Notes: generated by a model not told the origin, from the letters alone. Counted from the stretch's first letter, positions 50,535-60,277 are shown. The stretch: 64,000 nucleotides of DNA from Bacteroidales bacterium (GCA_018401015.1 JAGYLP010000008.1:33944-97943), one strand, 5' to 3'. Numbers and translations are program-made.

Positions 50535-51059
50535 TTAAGAAGCAAGATGTTTGAGAATTTTCTGGCTCATGGGTTTGGTGATACTGTAAAAAACATCCAC
50601 CCACCGACCGTCGGGGTCGATGAGGTATTTTTGGAAGTTCCATTTTACAGAATTATTGTCTTTTCCATTTTTTTCTTTCTGGGTTAACCAAGCGTATATG
50701 GTATGTTGATGATCGCCCATTACATCGACCTTTTCGGCCATTAGGAAGCTAACGCCATAGTTCGAGGCACAAAAGGTTTCGATTTCCTCCGCTGATCCGG
50801 GTTCCTGATTAGCAAACTGGTTGCAGGGAAAACCGATTATAGCCAGTTTATCCCCAAACTTGCTATGCAATTCTTGTAAGTCGGCATACTGCGGGGTAAA
50901 TCCACACTTGGATGCGACATTTACAATAAGGATAAACTTCCCTTTAAACTCGCTCATCGAATGCTCTTTCCCTTGCAAGGATTTAAAACTTAGCGAATGA
51001 ATGCTAGGTAAATCTTTCACTTCTACCTCTCTATTTCGAAGCCACGGTATCATACACAA
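50535..51059 (-). CDS. glutathione peroxidase (Cys form)
   Basis: 174 aa. Motifs LIVNVASKCGFTPQY, FPCNQF and WNFQKYL. The catalytic residue is a TGT Cys codon at 50903-50905, not TGA. Confidence 0.9.
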   Translation of the reverse strand: MCMIPWLRNREVEVKDLPSIHSLSFKSLQGKEHSMSEFKGKFILIVNVASKCGFTPQYADLQELHSKFGDKLAIIGFPCNQFANQEPGSAEEIETFCASNYGVSFLMAEKVDVMGDHQHTIYAWLTQKEKNGKDNNSVKWNFQKYLIDPDGRWVDVFYSITKPMSQKILKHLAS

Positions 51060-51239
51060 AAAATTATTAACTCTTACTAACCCCGGAAGGAATCAAATTG
51101 TTTAATAAAAAGACAAAATCTATAAACAAATTTGGGAAAAAATGTTTCAAGTAAGTTTTAGATGAGTCGAAGGAGTTGTCAACAAGATTTAAACAAGTCG
51201 GGAATTACCACTAAATTTGGAGCAAAATTCGAAAAAGAA

Positions 51240-51545
51240 ATGGCAAGTATTTTCAAAGTCCCTAAGCATAAGAAATTCACTTACAGCCCCTTGTATTTCA
51301 ATCCGGAAAAGGAAGAATTGGATAAACGGGTTCGTCAATCCCGAAGTGAGCTAAGCGAACAAGGTTCCACCTCCTTTGTTCCGAATATAAAGGGGAAAAT
51401 GAAAAAGAACCTGATTAGTCCGCATTATGGCGATGCGAAAGCAGAAAAAATCCGGAGATTAATCATATTAGCCACCATTTTTCTCTTAATCGGCGTTTTT
51501 TATTATCTCATCAAACTCTACGGATTATTCTTTATTCATGGCTGA
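51240..51545 (+). CDS. small membrane protein, unknown function
   Basis: The track ORF is 51162..51545. Met27 is the likelier start. A single C-terminal TM (LIILATIFLLIGVFYYLI). It overlaps the mutL start by 8 nt. Confidence 0.45.
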   Translation: MASIFKVPKHKKFTYSPLYFNPEKEELDKRVRQSRSELSEQGSTSFVPNIKGKMKKNLISPHYGDAKAEKIRRLIILATIFLLIGVFYYLIKLYGLFFIHG

Positions 51546-53382
51546 TATCATTCAATTACTCCCTGATTCTGTAGCCAACCAAATAGCTGCCGGAGAAGTA
51601 ATCCAACGCCCTGCCTCGGTGGTTAAAGAATTGGTTGAAAATGCGATTGATGCCGGAGCCAGCCAAATTCGGATTTATCTTAAAGATGCCGGACGAAGCC
51701 TGGTTCAAGTGATCGACAACGGCAAAGGTATGTCGGTGAGCGATGCACGGTTGGCTTTTGAGCGACATGCTACTTCGAAAATTCGGGAAGCTCAGGATTT
51801 GTTTGCTATCCGAACCATGGGATTTCGGGGCGAGGCCTTAGCATCGATTGCCGCGATTGCTCAGGTAGATTTGAAAACAAAACGAGCCGAAGATGAATTA
51901 GGAACCTGGATTGAAATCGCCGGTTCGGAAGTGTTATCGCAGGAAGCTTGTACCATGAGCGAAGGGTCGAACTTCAGTGTAAAGAATCTTTTTTACAATA
52001 TCCCTGTTCGTAGGAAATTTTTGAAATCGAACACCACTGAATTTAAATACATATTACAAGAGATACAGCGAGTTGCTCTCTGTAATCCGAGCATCCAGTT
52101 TTATTTAAACCACAACGATACCGAAGTGTATCAGCTCACCTTGGGCAATCCGCTTAAACGAATCGAACAGCTTTTTCGAAAAAATTTGGCGCAACAACTG
52201 GTACCAATCGACACCGAAACCAGCATTGTAAGCATTCACGGCTACATTGGAAAGCCTGAGTCGGCAAAAAAAAGTTCCGGAGAGCAATTCTTTTTTGTGA
52301 ATCAACGGTACATGAAGCACCCTTCTTTTCATCGAGCAGTGGTTCAGGCTTATGAGCGCCTCATCCCTTCGGATGCCTGGCCCTCCTACTTCATCTTTTT
52401 TGAAATTGATCCGTCCGCCATCGATGTGAATATTCATCCAACTAAGACTGAAATAAAGTTTGAGGATGAAAACAATGTTTGGAGAATCCTTCAACTTGTT
52501 GTAAAAGAAGCATTAGGCAAATTTAACCTGGCTCCGAGCATCGATTTCGACAGTCCTCCTGTTATCGATATTCCGGTTGCCGACCCTCATAAGACTCCCA
52601 ACCCACCGCAGGTAAAACTCAATCCGCATTACAATCCATTTTCGGATTCAACTGCTTCGGGGCGAAGTCAATCCTTTAATTCCAGGACTGCCGGATTTCA
52701 GAAACCCGATATTCGAAATTGGGAGAGTTTGTACCGCGATTTCGATCAATCTCCTCAACCCGAGCAAAGCCTGATTTTCCCTTCCGACCATGAGTCTCGC
52801 TCCGAGTCGGCCGATTGGCAATCGGGCTCGCAACTTTTACATTTCAAGAATCGTTTCATCCTTTCGTCGGTAAAAAGTGGCCTAATGATTATTGATCATC
52901 GGCGGGCGCATATCCGAGTTTTGTACGAACGATTCCTGCATCGGCAACAATCGGGTTCTTATGGTTCGCAAGGATTATTGTTTCCCGAAACTTTTGATAT
53001 GGCTCTGGACGACATCCTGATACTGGACGAATTGCTTCCATCGCTTCGTCAACTGGGTTTCGATCTCGACCTTTCAGCAAGTCGGCAGGTTCAATTAAAA
53101 GCTGCTCCTACGGAATGGGTTGGAAATCGCTACGAAGAACTCATGCAGGAACTGATTGAAAATTACAGGGAAAATCAATCGGAAGATGAATTAGGGATTC
53201 ACGAGAAGCTTGCTCATTCCATGGCTAAAACGGCAGCCATGAAAACCAATCGCAGTTTGAGCCAGGAAGAAATGGAGGAGCTGATTGGGCAATTATTTGC
53301 CTGCGAATTTCCTCAGTACACTCCAGGCGGAAAACCGATTCTGCACCTTATTCCAACCAACGATATTGAACAACTATTTTAA
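51538..53382 (+). CDS. mutL: DNA mismatch repair protein MutL
   Basis: 614 aa. N-terminal GHKL ATPase motifs (IAAGEVIQRPASVVKELVENAIDAGA, DNGKGM, GFRGEAL). Confidence 0.93.
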   Translation: MADIIQLLPDSVANQIAAGEVIQRPASVVKELVENAIDAGASQIRIYLKDAGRSLVQVIDNGKGMSVSDARLAFERHATSKIREAQDLFAIRTMGFRGEALASIAAIAQVDLKTKRAEDELGTWIEIAGSEVLSQEACTMSEGSNFSVKNLFYNIPVRRKFLKSNTTEFKYILQEIQRVALCNPSIQFYLNHNDTEVYQLTLGNPLKRIEQLFRKNLAQQLVPIDTETSIVSIHGYIGKPESAKKSSGEQFFFVNQRYMKHPSFHRAVVQAYERLIPSDAWPSYFIFFEIDPSAIDVNIHPTKTEIKFEDENNVWRILQLVVKEALGKFNLAPSIDFDSPPVIDIPVADPHKTPNPPQVKLNPHYNPFSDSTASGRSQSFNSRTAGFQKPDIRNWESLYRDFDQSPQPEQSLIFPSDHESRSESADWQSGSQLLHFKNRFILSSVKSGLMIIDHRRAHIRVLYERFLHRQQSGSYGSQGLLFPETFDMALDDILILDELLPSLRQLGFDLDLSASRQVQLKAAPTEWVGNRYEELMQELIENYRENQSEDELGIHEKLAHSMAKTAAMKTNRSLSQEEMEELIGQLFACEFPQYTPGGKPILHLIPTNDIEQLF

Positions 53383-53394
53383 GCTCCAATCCTT

Positions 53395-54210
53395 ATGTTC
53401 CGACTCACCCCGGTAGTAAAAAACATCCTCATAATCAATGTCATTCTACTCCTTGTGAGCCAAATGACAGGACTTCAAATTATGGGTCGATCCCTGAACG
53501 ATTTATTTGCCTTGCATTACATTCAGGGAGAAAACTTTTCGCCTTTTCAGTTAGTAACTCACATGTTTATGCATGCCGGTTTCATGCACCTGCTTTCGAA
53601 TATGATCGGGCTCATTGTGTTTGGTCCGAAGCTGGAATGGATTTGGGGTCCAAAACGATTTCTGCTCTTTTATTTTGTAACCGGATTGGGGGCAGCAGCT
53701 TTGCAAATGACGGCATATTTCTTCGAGTTAAGTCCGAAGTTGGCCATCATAACCGATTACCTGCAGGATCCTTCTTTAGCTGTTTTCAAGAGCATCATGG
53801 ACAGTAACAGTTTGCAAATTAATCCTCGGGCTTTAATGGAGATTCAGAACAATATTGAATCGACCGCTTTGTTAAATCCTGATCGGGCCATCGATCAGAG
53901 TGTGGCTTACATGGGTCAAATTCAGGAATTTCTACTGAATTCCTATCGAATGGTTGGAGCATCGGGAGCTGTGCTCGGCATAGCGATGGGATTTGCCTTG
54001 TATTTCCCGAATACGGAAATGGTCATCTTCCCGATTATGATTCCGGTAAAAGCGAAGTATCTGGTTATTTTTTACTTTCTCTATGAATTTTACAGTATTT
54101 GGGCCGCTTCGCCCAGCGATAATGTAGCGCACTTTGCCCACATTGGAGGAATGGTTTTCGGATACCTGCTCATTCGATACTGGAACAGTAAGCGCAATCG
54201 TTTTTGGTAA
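53395..54210 (+). CDS. rhomboid family intramembrane serine protease
   Basis: 271 aa. Motifs HMFMHAGFMHLLSNM, GASGAVLGI and HIGGMVFGY. Confidence 0.85.
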   Translation: MFRLTPVVKNILIINVILLLVSQMTGLQIMGRSLNDLFALHYIQGENFSPFQLVTHMFMHAGFMHLLSNMIGLIVFGPKLEWIWGPKRFLLFYFVTGLGAAALQMTAYFFELSPKLAIITDYLQDPSLAVFKSIMDSNSLQINPRALMEIQNNIESTALLNPDRAIDQSVAYMGQIQEFLLNSYRMVGASGAVLGIAMGFALYFPNTEMVIFPIMIPVKAKYLVIFYFLYEFYSIWAASPSDNVAHFAHIGGMVFGYLLIRYWNSKRNRFW

Positions 54211-54303
54211 TAAATGGAGGTTGCTTTTGTACAAGATGACTTTCCAGGCTTCTCCCGATAGTTGAACATGCGATTCACCTTTCTATGGAAAGGCTTTCGT
54301 GCA

Positions 54304-55383
54304 TTAATGTTTCAGTATTTCAATCAATTCTTTATTTATGTACAGTGTCTCTCTCCCAACTTTTTGAGATTCAACAATTCCTATATCTTCAAGTTCTTTT
54401 AAATATCGAGAAGCTGCTTTTCTTTCAACACCCAATTTGTTTACTACAAATTCAATTTTCGAATATGGTTGTTCGAAAAGTAATTCAACAAGTTCTTTTC
54501 TATAGAGCTTGGGAGCTTTCTCTTGAACTTTTATTATTGTGGAATCCAGTTGGTCTTTGATATTTGTAATCCTTGTGATTGTGTCTTTTGATGTACTCTC
54601 AACTGCTTTTAGCATAAACATTATCCATTCTTCCCATTTTCCTGCTCGATTTGTTTGATTTAAGAGTCGATAATATTCTGGTTTATTAGCAATTATATAG
54701 GAACTCAAATATAAAATCGGAACATCAATCAATTCATTAAGTATCAGATACAAAATATTTAAAATCCGACCAGTTCTGCCGTTTCCGTCATAAAAAGGGT
54801 GAATGCTCTCAAACTGATAATGCAATATTGCCAAGTTTATTAATGGAGACAAGTCATCCTGTTGATTAAAATGGTCTCTAAAATTTGTCAATAAATCAAG
54901 TATTTCCGCTTTGTCTTGAGGTGGAGTATAAACAATTTCTCCAGTTTTGTCATTTTTCAAAACTGTTCCCGGCGTACTTCTAATCCCAGTAGTATTATTA
55001 ACTAGTTCCTCTTGGATACTCACAATGTCGTTAACTCTTAGAAATCCTTGTTTTTTCGCAAGGTCATATCCTTGAAATATAGCTTTACGATAATTTACTA
55101 CTTCCTTAGTCTCTGGTGATATGTGGATTTTATTAATAGTCAATGCTTTATAAAGCTCATCTTGGGTTGTAATAATATTTTCAATCTCGGAACTGTCTTT
55201 TGCTTCCTGTAAAACTATAGCATTAATCAACATTGCTTGGTTAGGAATTGTCTTTGCAATCCCTTTCAATTCAGCCAATGCAGCTGTTGACTTATTTGTT
55301 TGTCTTAAAATTTCAATGGTTTCCACTTTTTCTCTAAGTGGTGGAAGTTTTTCCAATTGGAAATGTGGTGCATTTTGTCCCAT
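54304..55383 (-). CDS. Fic family protein (AMPylase-type) with C-terminal winged-helix domain
   Basis: 359 aa with the Fic motif HPFYDGNGRTGR. The region is visibly more AT-rich than its flanks. Confidence 0.88.
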   Translation of the reverse strand: MGQNAPHFQLEKLPPLREKVETIEILRQTNKSTAALAELKGIAKTIPNQAMLINAIVLQEAKDSSEIENIITTQDELYKALTINKIHISPETKEVVNYRKAIFQGYDLAKKQGFLRVNDIVSIQEELVNNTTGIRSTPGTVLKNDKTGEIVYTPPQDKAEILDLLTNFRDHFNQQDDLSPLINLAILHYQFESIHPFYDGNGRTGRILNILYLILNELIDVPILYLSSYIIANKPEYYRLLNQTNRAGKWEEWIMFMLKAVESTSKDTITRITNIKDQLDSTIIKVQEKAPKLYRKELVELLFEQPYSKIEFVVNKLGVERKAASRYLKELEDIGIVESQKVGRETLYINKELIEILKH

Positions 55384-55394
55384 ATTCTTTTTAT

Positions 55395-55423
55395 TTGTCC
55401 CAAAATTACAAATTATGGGACAA
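55395..55423. promoter_or_regulatory. perfect 8-bp inverted repeat TTGTCCCA-N13-TGGGACAA immediately upstream of the Fic start
   Basis: Read directly from the sequence. It begins 12 nt upstream of the Fic ATG (55383, minus strand), so it is a candidate operator. Confidence 0.4.
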
Positions 55424-55708
55424 TTACAACTATTTGCAAAGTTCTTTACGCATGAAGCCTAACGCTTGGTAAATGGCAAGTTGGCGCTTGCGGGCTTAAA
55501 ATCTATCAAACAGTTACGGCTTTGAAGCGGGTTACGACCTTTTAATTTAGATCTGTTTCGCCTATTTTTTATATACATTGATTACCGATTGGCATTTCTC
55601 TTAGGTCATAATTTGTACTTCGTCCACCACTTGTCCCGATTTCACGGGTATGCTTGATTTAACCACTGAACCGCTACTTTTGGGGAGGTCCTTTGGGAGG
55701 CAGTTTTT

Positions 55709-56008
55709 TTATTCATCAAGTCTGTTTTTCAAGTCCATTCTTTCGCGTAAAATTCTGACAACTTCAATTCTATCTTTTGAAATTACTTGATGGAAAATTA
55801 TGTGTTTTCCAGTTCTCAACCCAAGCAAATTCTTGCTTATTCCATCATATTCTTTTCCAAGTTCAGGGTTTTTTCCGATTTGTGTACAAGCAAATTCTAT
55901 AGCTGAATAATAATTGTCAGCTTGTTTTTCAGACCATTCGTCAATAGGGTATACCCAAATGTCATTTAAGTCGTCAATAGCTTCTTGTCTTAAAAGAACT
56001 TTAGCCAT
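55709..56008 (-). CDS. parE: type II toxin, ParE/RelE family
   Basis: 99 aa. EAIDDLNDIWVY...I.FHQV...IEVVRILRERMD resembles ParE. It overlaps the antitoxin gene by 8 nt. Confidence 0.8.
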   Translation of the reverse strand: MAKVLLRQEAIDDLNDIWVYPIDEWSEKQADNYYSAIEFACTQIGKNPELGKEYDGISKNLLGLRTGKHIIFHQVISKDRIEVVRILRERMDLKNRLDE

Positions 56009-56249
56009 TTTTTCTTTTTTCTTCTTTTAATTTTTTCAAATTTTCTTTGAAATCGAAATTTTCAACGAGAGGACTGTCTAATCCTTTTTGAATTGCAGCT
56101 CGCAGAGCGATTGATTTGTTTTCTTCGTCCTCTAAAAGTCGAAGTCCAGCACGAACAACTTCGCTAACATTTTTATAGCGTCCTGCTGAAACTTGACTAT
56201 TTACAAACTGATCAAAATAGTTACCAAGCGAATTTGATGTGCTTTTCAT
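56001..56249 (-). CDS. parD: type II antitoxin, ParD (ribbon-helix-helix) family
   Basis: 82 aa. YFDQFVNSQVSAGRYKNVSEVVRAGLRLLEDEE is a ParD/CC2985-type sequence. Confidence 0.8.
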   Translation of the reverse strand: MKSTSNSLGNYFDQFVNSQVSAGRYKNVSEVVRAGLRLLEDEENKSIALRAAIQKGLDSPLVENFDFKENLKKLKEEKRKNG

Positions 56250-56372
56250 TTAAGCTAAATTCTTATCAAAGTCACCAATTTTTGGCAACTAAATAAATCA
56301 TCAGTTGTAGATTTTGCGAATAAAGAAGTCAAGCTATTGTTTGGGCGTGAGTTTCGGTAAAAGTGCCACCAA

Positions 56373-57848
56373 CTACTGCATATTTTCACCGGTTTGTAAG
56401 CAATCAAACACCTGCTGGAGCGAGTCGGCGTGGTTTGCGATAACATGGAGCAAATCATCTTCCAGTAAAACCGTATTTCCATTTGGGGTAATGTATTCGT
56501 TATTGCGTTCAATAAGGACGATGAGTGCTGTTTTTGGGAAGGCCAAGTCAACGATTTTCTTACCAATTACCCGATTCCCTTTATGGAGACGAATTTCCTT
56601 CAAATTGGTTTTAGGCCGATTGCTCCAAAGCGCATCGATATCGGTTACTCGTTTCACTTTTTCGGGCAGCGATACGTGGAACAATCGCGCAAAGTAGCCA
56701 AGGGTTGTACCTTGAATAATTACCGAGCTTACCGAAATAAAAAACACGAGGTTAAAAATCATGTTGGCTTGTTCGATTCCTGCCAAGAGCGGATAAGTAG
56801 CAAAAACGATGGGCACAGCTCCTCGTAATCCGACCCAGGAAATGTACCATCGGCGTCGGTTTTTCATTCGAAAAGGAATGAGGCTAATAAAGACAGCGAG
56901 GGGTCGAGCAAAAAGGATCAATCCAAAGGAAAGGACCAAGCCAATTCCTATGTAAGGGACCACTTCGCTCGGATTCACGAGCAATCCGAGGATGAGGAAA
57001 AGTACAATTTGCATGAGCCAGGCAAATCCATCGAATACTTTGAGGATTGTTTTTTTGTGAATCAATTCTTGATTTCCCAAGAAAACAGCCGTGATATACA
57101 CCGCGAGGAAACCATTTCCGCCGCTGTAGTCGGTCATGGAGAAGGTACCAAACATGAGGGCGACCACTAAGACCGGATAAAGCCCTTCGAAATCGAGTTG
57201 AATACGATTAATGACCCATTTGCTGAGGAGAGCCATGAGGAAGCCCATGGTGGCGCCAATGAGCATTTGCTGCAAGAACAAGGGGATGATGCTCCAGAAA
57301 CTCATTTCCGGATTCACGACAAGGGAAAGAAATGCGATTACCAGCACATACGCCATGGGATCGTTACTGCCACTTTCCAATTCGAGGGTTGGACGCAAGT
57401 TGGCTTTGAGTGCAAGGCTTTTGGAGCGGAGGATAGAAAAGACTGCGGCAGCATCGGTAGATGAAACAATGGCACCGAGCAGGAATCCTTCGTAGAGCGT
57501 GAAATCGGTTAGCCAATAAACCAACAATCCAACCGAAAGTGCGGTAATCAATACGCCAAGCGTTGACAAGGAAACCCCGACCCAGAGTACCGGTTTGATG
57601 GATTTCCAATCGGTATCGAGTCCTCCCGAAAAAAGGATAAAGTTGAGAGATACGATCCCGACAAATTGTGCGACTCTGGAATTATCGAATTGGATTCCAC
57701 CGATTCCTTCCGATCCCGACAACATACCGATTAGGAGGAAGAGCAACAAGGTTGGGACTCCCAGCTTGTAGGAAGTTTTACCGGCCACAATGCTGATAAA
57801 GAGCATTAAGGACCCTATTAGGAGGCTATTTTCGATGGTGATACTCAT
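56373..57848 (-). CDS. K+/H+ (cation:proton) antiporter, CPA1/NhaP2-like, with C-terminal TrkA-C domain
   Basis: 491 aa. About 12 TM segments followed by a soluble C-terminal domain (IRLHKGNRVIGKKIVDL...VLLEDDLLHVIA). Confidence 0.82.
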   Translation of the reverse strand: MSITIENSLLIGSLMLFISIVAGKTSYKLGVPTLLLFLLIGMLSGSEGIGGIQFDNSRVAQFVGIVSLNFILFSGGLDTDWKSIKPVLWVGVSLSTLGVLITALSVGLLVYWLTDFTLYEGFLLGAIVSSTDAAAVFSILRSKSLALKANLRPTLELESGSNDPMAYVLVIAFLSLVVNPEMSFWSIIPLFLQQMLIGATMGFLMALLSKWVINRIQLDFEGLYPVLVVALMFGTFSMTDYSGGNGFLAVYITAVFLGNQELIHKKTILKVFDGFAWLMQIVLFLILGLLVNPSEVVPYIGIGLVLSFGLILFARPLAVFISLIPFRMKNRRRWYISWVGLRGAVPIVFATYPLLAGIEQANMIFNLVFFISVSSVIIQGTTLGYFARLFHVSLPEKVKRVTDIDALWSNRPKTNLKEIRLHKGNRVIGKKIVDLAFPKTALIVLIERNNEYITPNGNTVLLEDDLLHVIANHADSLQQVFDCLQTGENMQ

Positions 57849-58069
57849 AGATTGCGGCTTGACGCAAAGATAATCAAGTTACACTGCGAAACTTTTATTT
57901 TAAGAAGACTTGACAATTCAAAACCGTACGACTACCTTTATAATTCATTCAAATTTGTTTTACTTTTTGATTAACCAAGCCACCCAAACATTAAACAAAA
58001 CGAAGACTAGTTGGTTTAAAGGGAGAACAAATTAGCCCAAGGGTTTCATTCAATCAAAACAACATCGAT

Positions 58070-58912
58070 ATGAGTCTCGAATTATACCACGAGGTAGCCA
58101 GCAAAACCTCTGCGCTAACTACCAAAAATTACAGCACGTCGTTTTATTTATCAACTACGTTGCTGTCGCCCGAAATGCGAGATGCTATCTATGCTATCTA
58201 CGGTTTTGTTCGCTATGCCGACGAGATTGTGGACAGTTTTCATCATCAGAATAAAGCTGAATTGATGGAAGAGTTTGAGAAAGAGTTTTATAGGAGCTTG
58301 GAGCGCGACTTAAGCATGAATCCTATTTTGCATTCTTTCCTACGGGTGGTGAAGCGCTACAACATTAAGGATGAATACATTCAAGCTTTCTTAAACAGTA
58401 TGAAAGCCGACTTAAAAGAGATTAACTATTCGAACGAGGAAGAATTGAAAGCCTACATTTATGGTTCGGCCGATGTGGTTGGATTAATGTGTTTGGCTGT
58501 TTTTTGCAAGGGCGATACAAATTTGTTTGCTGATTTAGAGAAGCCTGCCATGTATCTGGGTTCCGCCTTTCAGAAAGTGAACTTTCTACGCGATTTAAAG
58601 AACGACCACGAGAACCTTGGTCGCAGTTATTTCCCCCACGTGACCCGTCATAATTTCACCGAAGAATCGAAAACTGAGATCATTGCCGATATCGAAAACG
58701 ATTTCAATTTGGCTTATAAAGGTATTCAGCAATTGCCTTCGGAAGCCAAACCTGCTGTGTTGTTGGCTTATTATTATTATCGCAGTTTGCTTAACAAATT
58801 ACGCCGTACTCCGGCCAGTCGGATTAAAGTAGAGCGGATTCGGGTTGGTTCCATGAAAAAAATCATGCTCATGAATAAAGCCATTGTTTATAATCACCTC
58901 GGATTAATCTAA
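58070..58912 (+). CDS. crtB: phytoene synthase
   Basis: 280 aa. Motifs YGFVRYADEIVD and YIYGSADVVGLM (the two Asp-rich regions), plus RSYFP. Confidence 0.88.
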   Translation: MSLELYHEVASKTSALTTKNYSTSFYLSTTLLSPEMRDAIYAIYGFVRYADEIVDSFHHQNKAELMEEFEKEFYRSLERDLSMNPILHSFLRVVKRYNIKDEYIQAFLNSMKADLKEINYSNEEELKAYIYGSADVVGLMCLAVFCKGDTNLFADLEKPAMYLGSAFQKVNFLRDLKNDHENLGRSYFPHVTRHNFTEESKTEIIADIENDFNLAYKGIQQLPSEAKPAVLLAYYYYRSLLNKLRRTPASRIKVERIRVGSMKKIMLMNKAIVYNHLGLI

Positions 58913-58932
58913 ACCCTCTCAAACCTTCGAAT

Positions 58933-59622
58933 ATGTCGCTCTACTTCACCCTTTTACTAGGGTCGATTTCCGTTCCTTTACTCTTAAGTTTCGATAAAAA
59001 AGTAGCCTTTTACCTTTCCTGGAAATGGGTGCTGCCGGCCATTATCCTGGTTGCTGCCGAATTCATTGCCTGGGATATTTGGCTTACACATCTAGGGGTG
59101 TGGGGCTTTAACGAACGGTATCATGGAAGTTGGACTCCAGGTGGGTTACCCATCGAAGAATGGTTGTTTTTTATCGTTGTACCCTACGCCAGCTTGTTTC
59201 TGCATTATGTTCTGCGCGCCTACTTCCCGAACTTAGCCCTGGGCGATCGTACATTCAAATTCCTCAATTACGGGTTGCTTGCACTCCTTGCCTTTCTGCT
59301 GGTGGTCTTTCACGACCGAACCTACACGGCTTACATTTTTGCGCACACCATATTTGCCCTCTTACTTGGACTATTCGACAAACGCAAAACCATGCAAACC
59401 TACTTCTTGAGCTTCCTATTGATTCTTGTTCCTTTCTTCCTTGTAAATGGCATACTAACCGGGAGTTTCATCGAAGGAGAAGTGGTTTGGTACAACGATG
59501 CCGAGAACATGGGCATTCGAATCTTTACCATTCCTATTGAAGACAGTGCCTATGCGTTTAGTATGATTTACTACAGTTTGTTTCTCATAGAATGGTGGAA
59601 ATCAAAATCAAGGTTGAGTTAA
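58933..59622 (+). CDS. lycopene cyclase domain protein (fused CrtYc/CrtYd type)
   Basis: 229 aa, 6-7 TM segments, with two repeats each containing a PIEE/PIED motif (LPIEEWLFF, IPIEDSAYAF). Confidence 0.8.
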   Translation: MSLYFTLLLGSISVPLLLSFDKKVAFYLSWKWVLPAIILVAAEFIAWDIWLTHLGVWGFNERYHGSWTPGGLPIEEWLFFIVVPYASLFLHYVLRAYFPNLALGDRTFKFLNYGLLALLAFLLVVFHDRTYTAYIFAHTIFALLLGLFDKRKTMQTYFLSFLLILVPFFLVNGILTGSFIEGEVVWYNDAENMGIRIFTIPIEDSAYAFSMIYYSLFLIEWWKSKSRLS

Positions 59623-59623
59623 T

Positions 59624-60277
59624 ATGAAGGCATTGGTGATTCGGGATTATCCCAAAGGAGTAATCGGTTTTTTTGTTCTTTTTTACACAGTCGGTGTGTT
59701 GGGGATGATTTACGAGCCCACCCGAAGGTTTTTCATGTCGCTCACTCCCTTAGCTCTCTTACTAAGCTCTTTTGCACTAGCACTTTTCCATCGGTCGGTA
59801 TTTGGAAAAAAGGAAGCCTTGGTCTTTGCTGCTATCGTTATTTTTGGATACTTGGTAGAAGTAGTGGGAGTGAATACCGGTAAAATATTCGGAGTTTATG
59901 CCTACGGTGCTACACTTGGGCTGAAAGCATGGGACACACCCTTCATGATTGGACTTAACTGGTTATTACTGGTTTACACGAGTGCTGCCATGGTTCAGCA
60001 TTTTAATGTTCCGCGGTATTTGCAGCCGGTTGTGGCAAGCTTGCTCATGTTAGGTTACGACTTTATTCTTGAGCCAATTGCACCCCGAATCGACATGTGG
60101 GAGTGGGCCAATGATGCAGCCCCGCTAGAAAATTTCATTGCCTGGGGCTTGGTAGCCTACATCTTTCACACGATTCTCCTCTTATCGCGAATTCAAATCA
60201 AGAATCCCTTAGCTATTGCCATTTTTATCTTGCAAGTAGTATTCTTTGCCCATCTATATTTCCTTCCAACCCTATGA
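59624..60277 (+). CDS. membrane carotenoid biosynthesis protein (DUF422 / CruF-like putative 1',2'-hydratase)
   Basis: 217 aa, multi-TM. It starts 2 nt after the cyclase gene. The family assignment rests on sequence resemblance and context. Confidence 0.6.
   Translation: MKALVIRDYPKGVIGFFVLFYTVGVLGMIYEPTRRFFMSLTPLALLLSSFALALFHRSVFGKKEALVFAAIVIFGYLVEVVGVNTGKIFGVYAYGATLGLKAWDTPFMIGLNWLLLVYTSAAMVQHFNVPRYLQPVVASLLMLGYDFILEPIAPRIDMWEWANDAAPLENFIAWGLVAYIFHTILLLSRIQIKNPLAIAIFILQVVFFAHLYFLPTL

Noticed and set aside
50535-51059. Glutathione peroxidase as a second selenoprotein, given its position 1 kb from selB
   Set aside because: The catalytic residue in NVASK-C-GFT is encoded by TGT (50903-50905) and the ORF is uninterrupted, so this is the Cys form.
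55611-55700. A possible tRNA gene (minus strand) in the Fic/ParDE islet
   Set aside because: Only D-loop-like and anticodon-arm-like fragments are present. There is no T arm (no GTTCRANYC-like sequence) and no acceptor pairing. It is kept only as a possible remnant in the findings.
57910-57944. E. coli-like promoter TTGACA ... TATAAT upstream of crtB
   Set aside because: The two hexamers are perfect, but the spacer is 23 nt against an optimum near 17. Bacteroidota primary sigma factors use TTTG/TAnnTTTG-type elements instead. This is probably a chance match.
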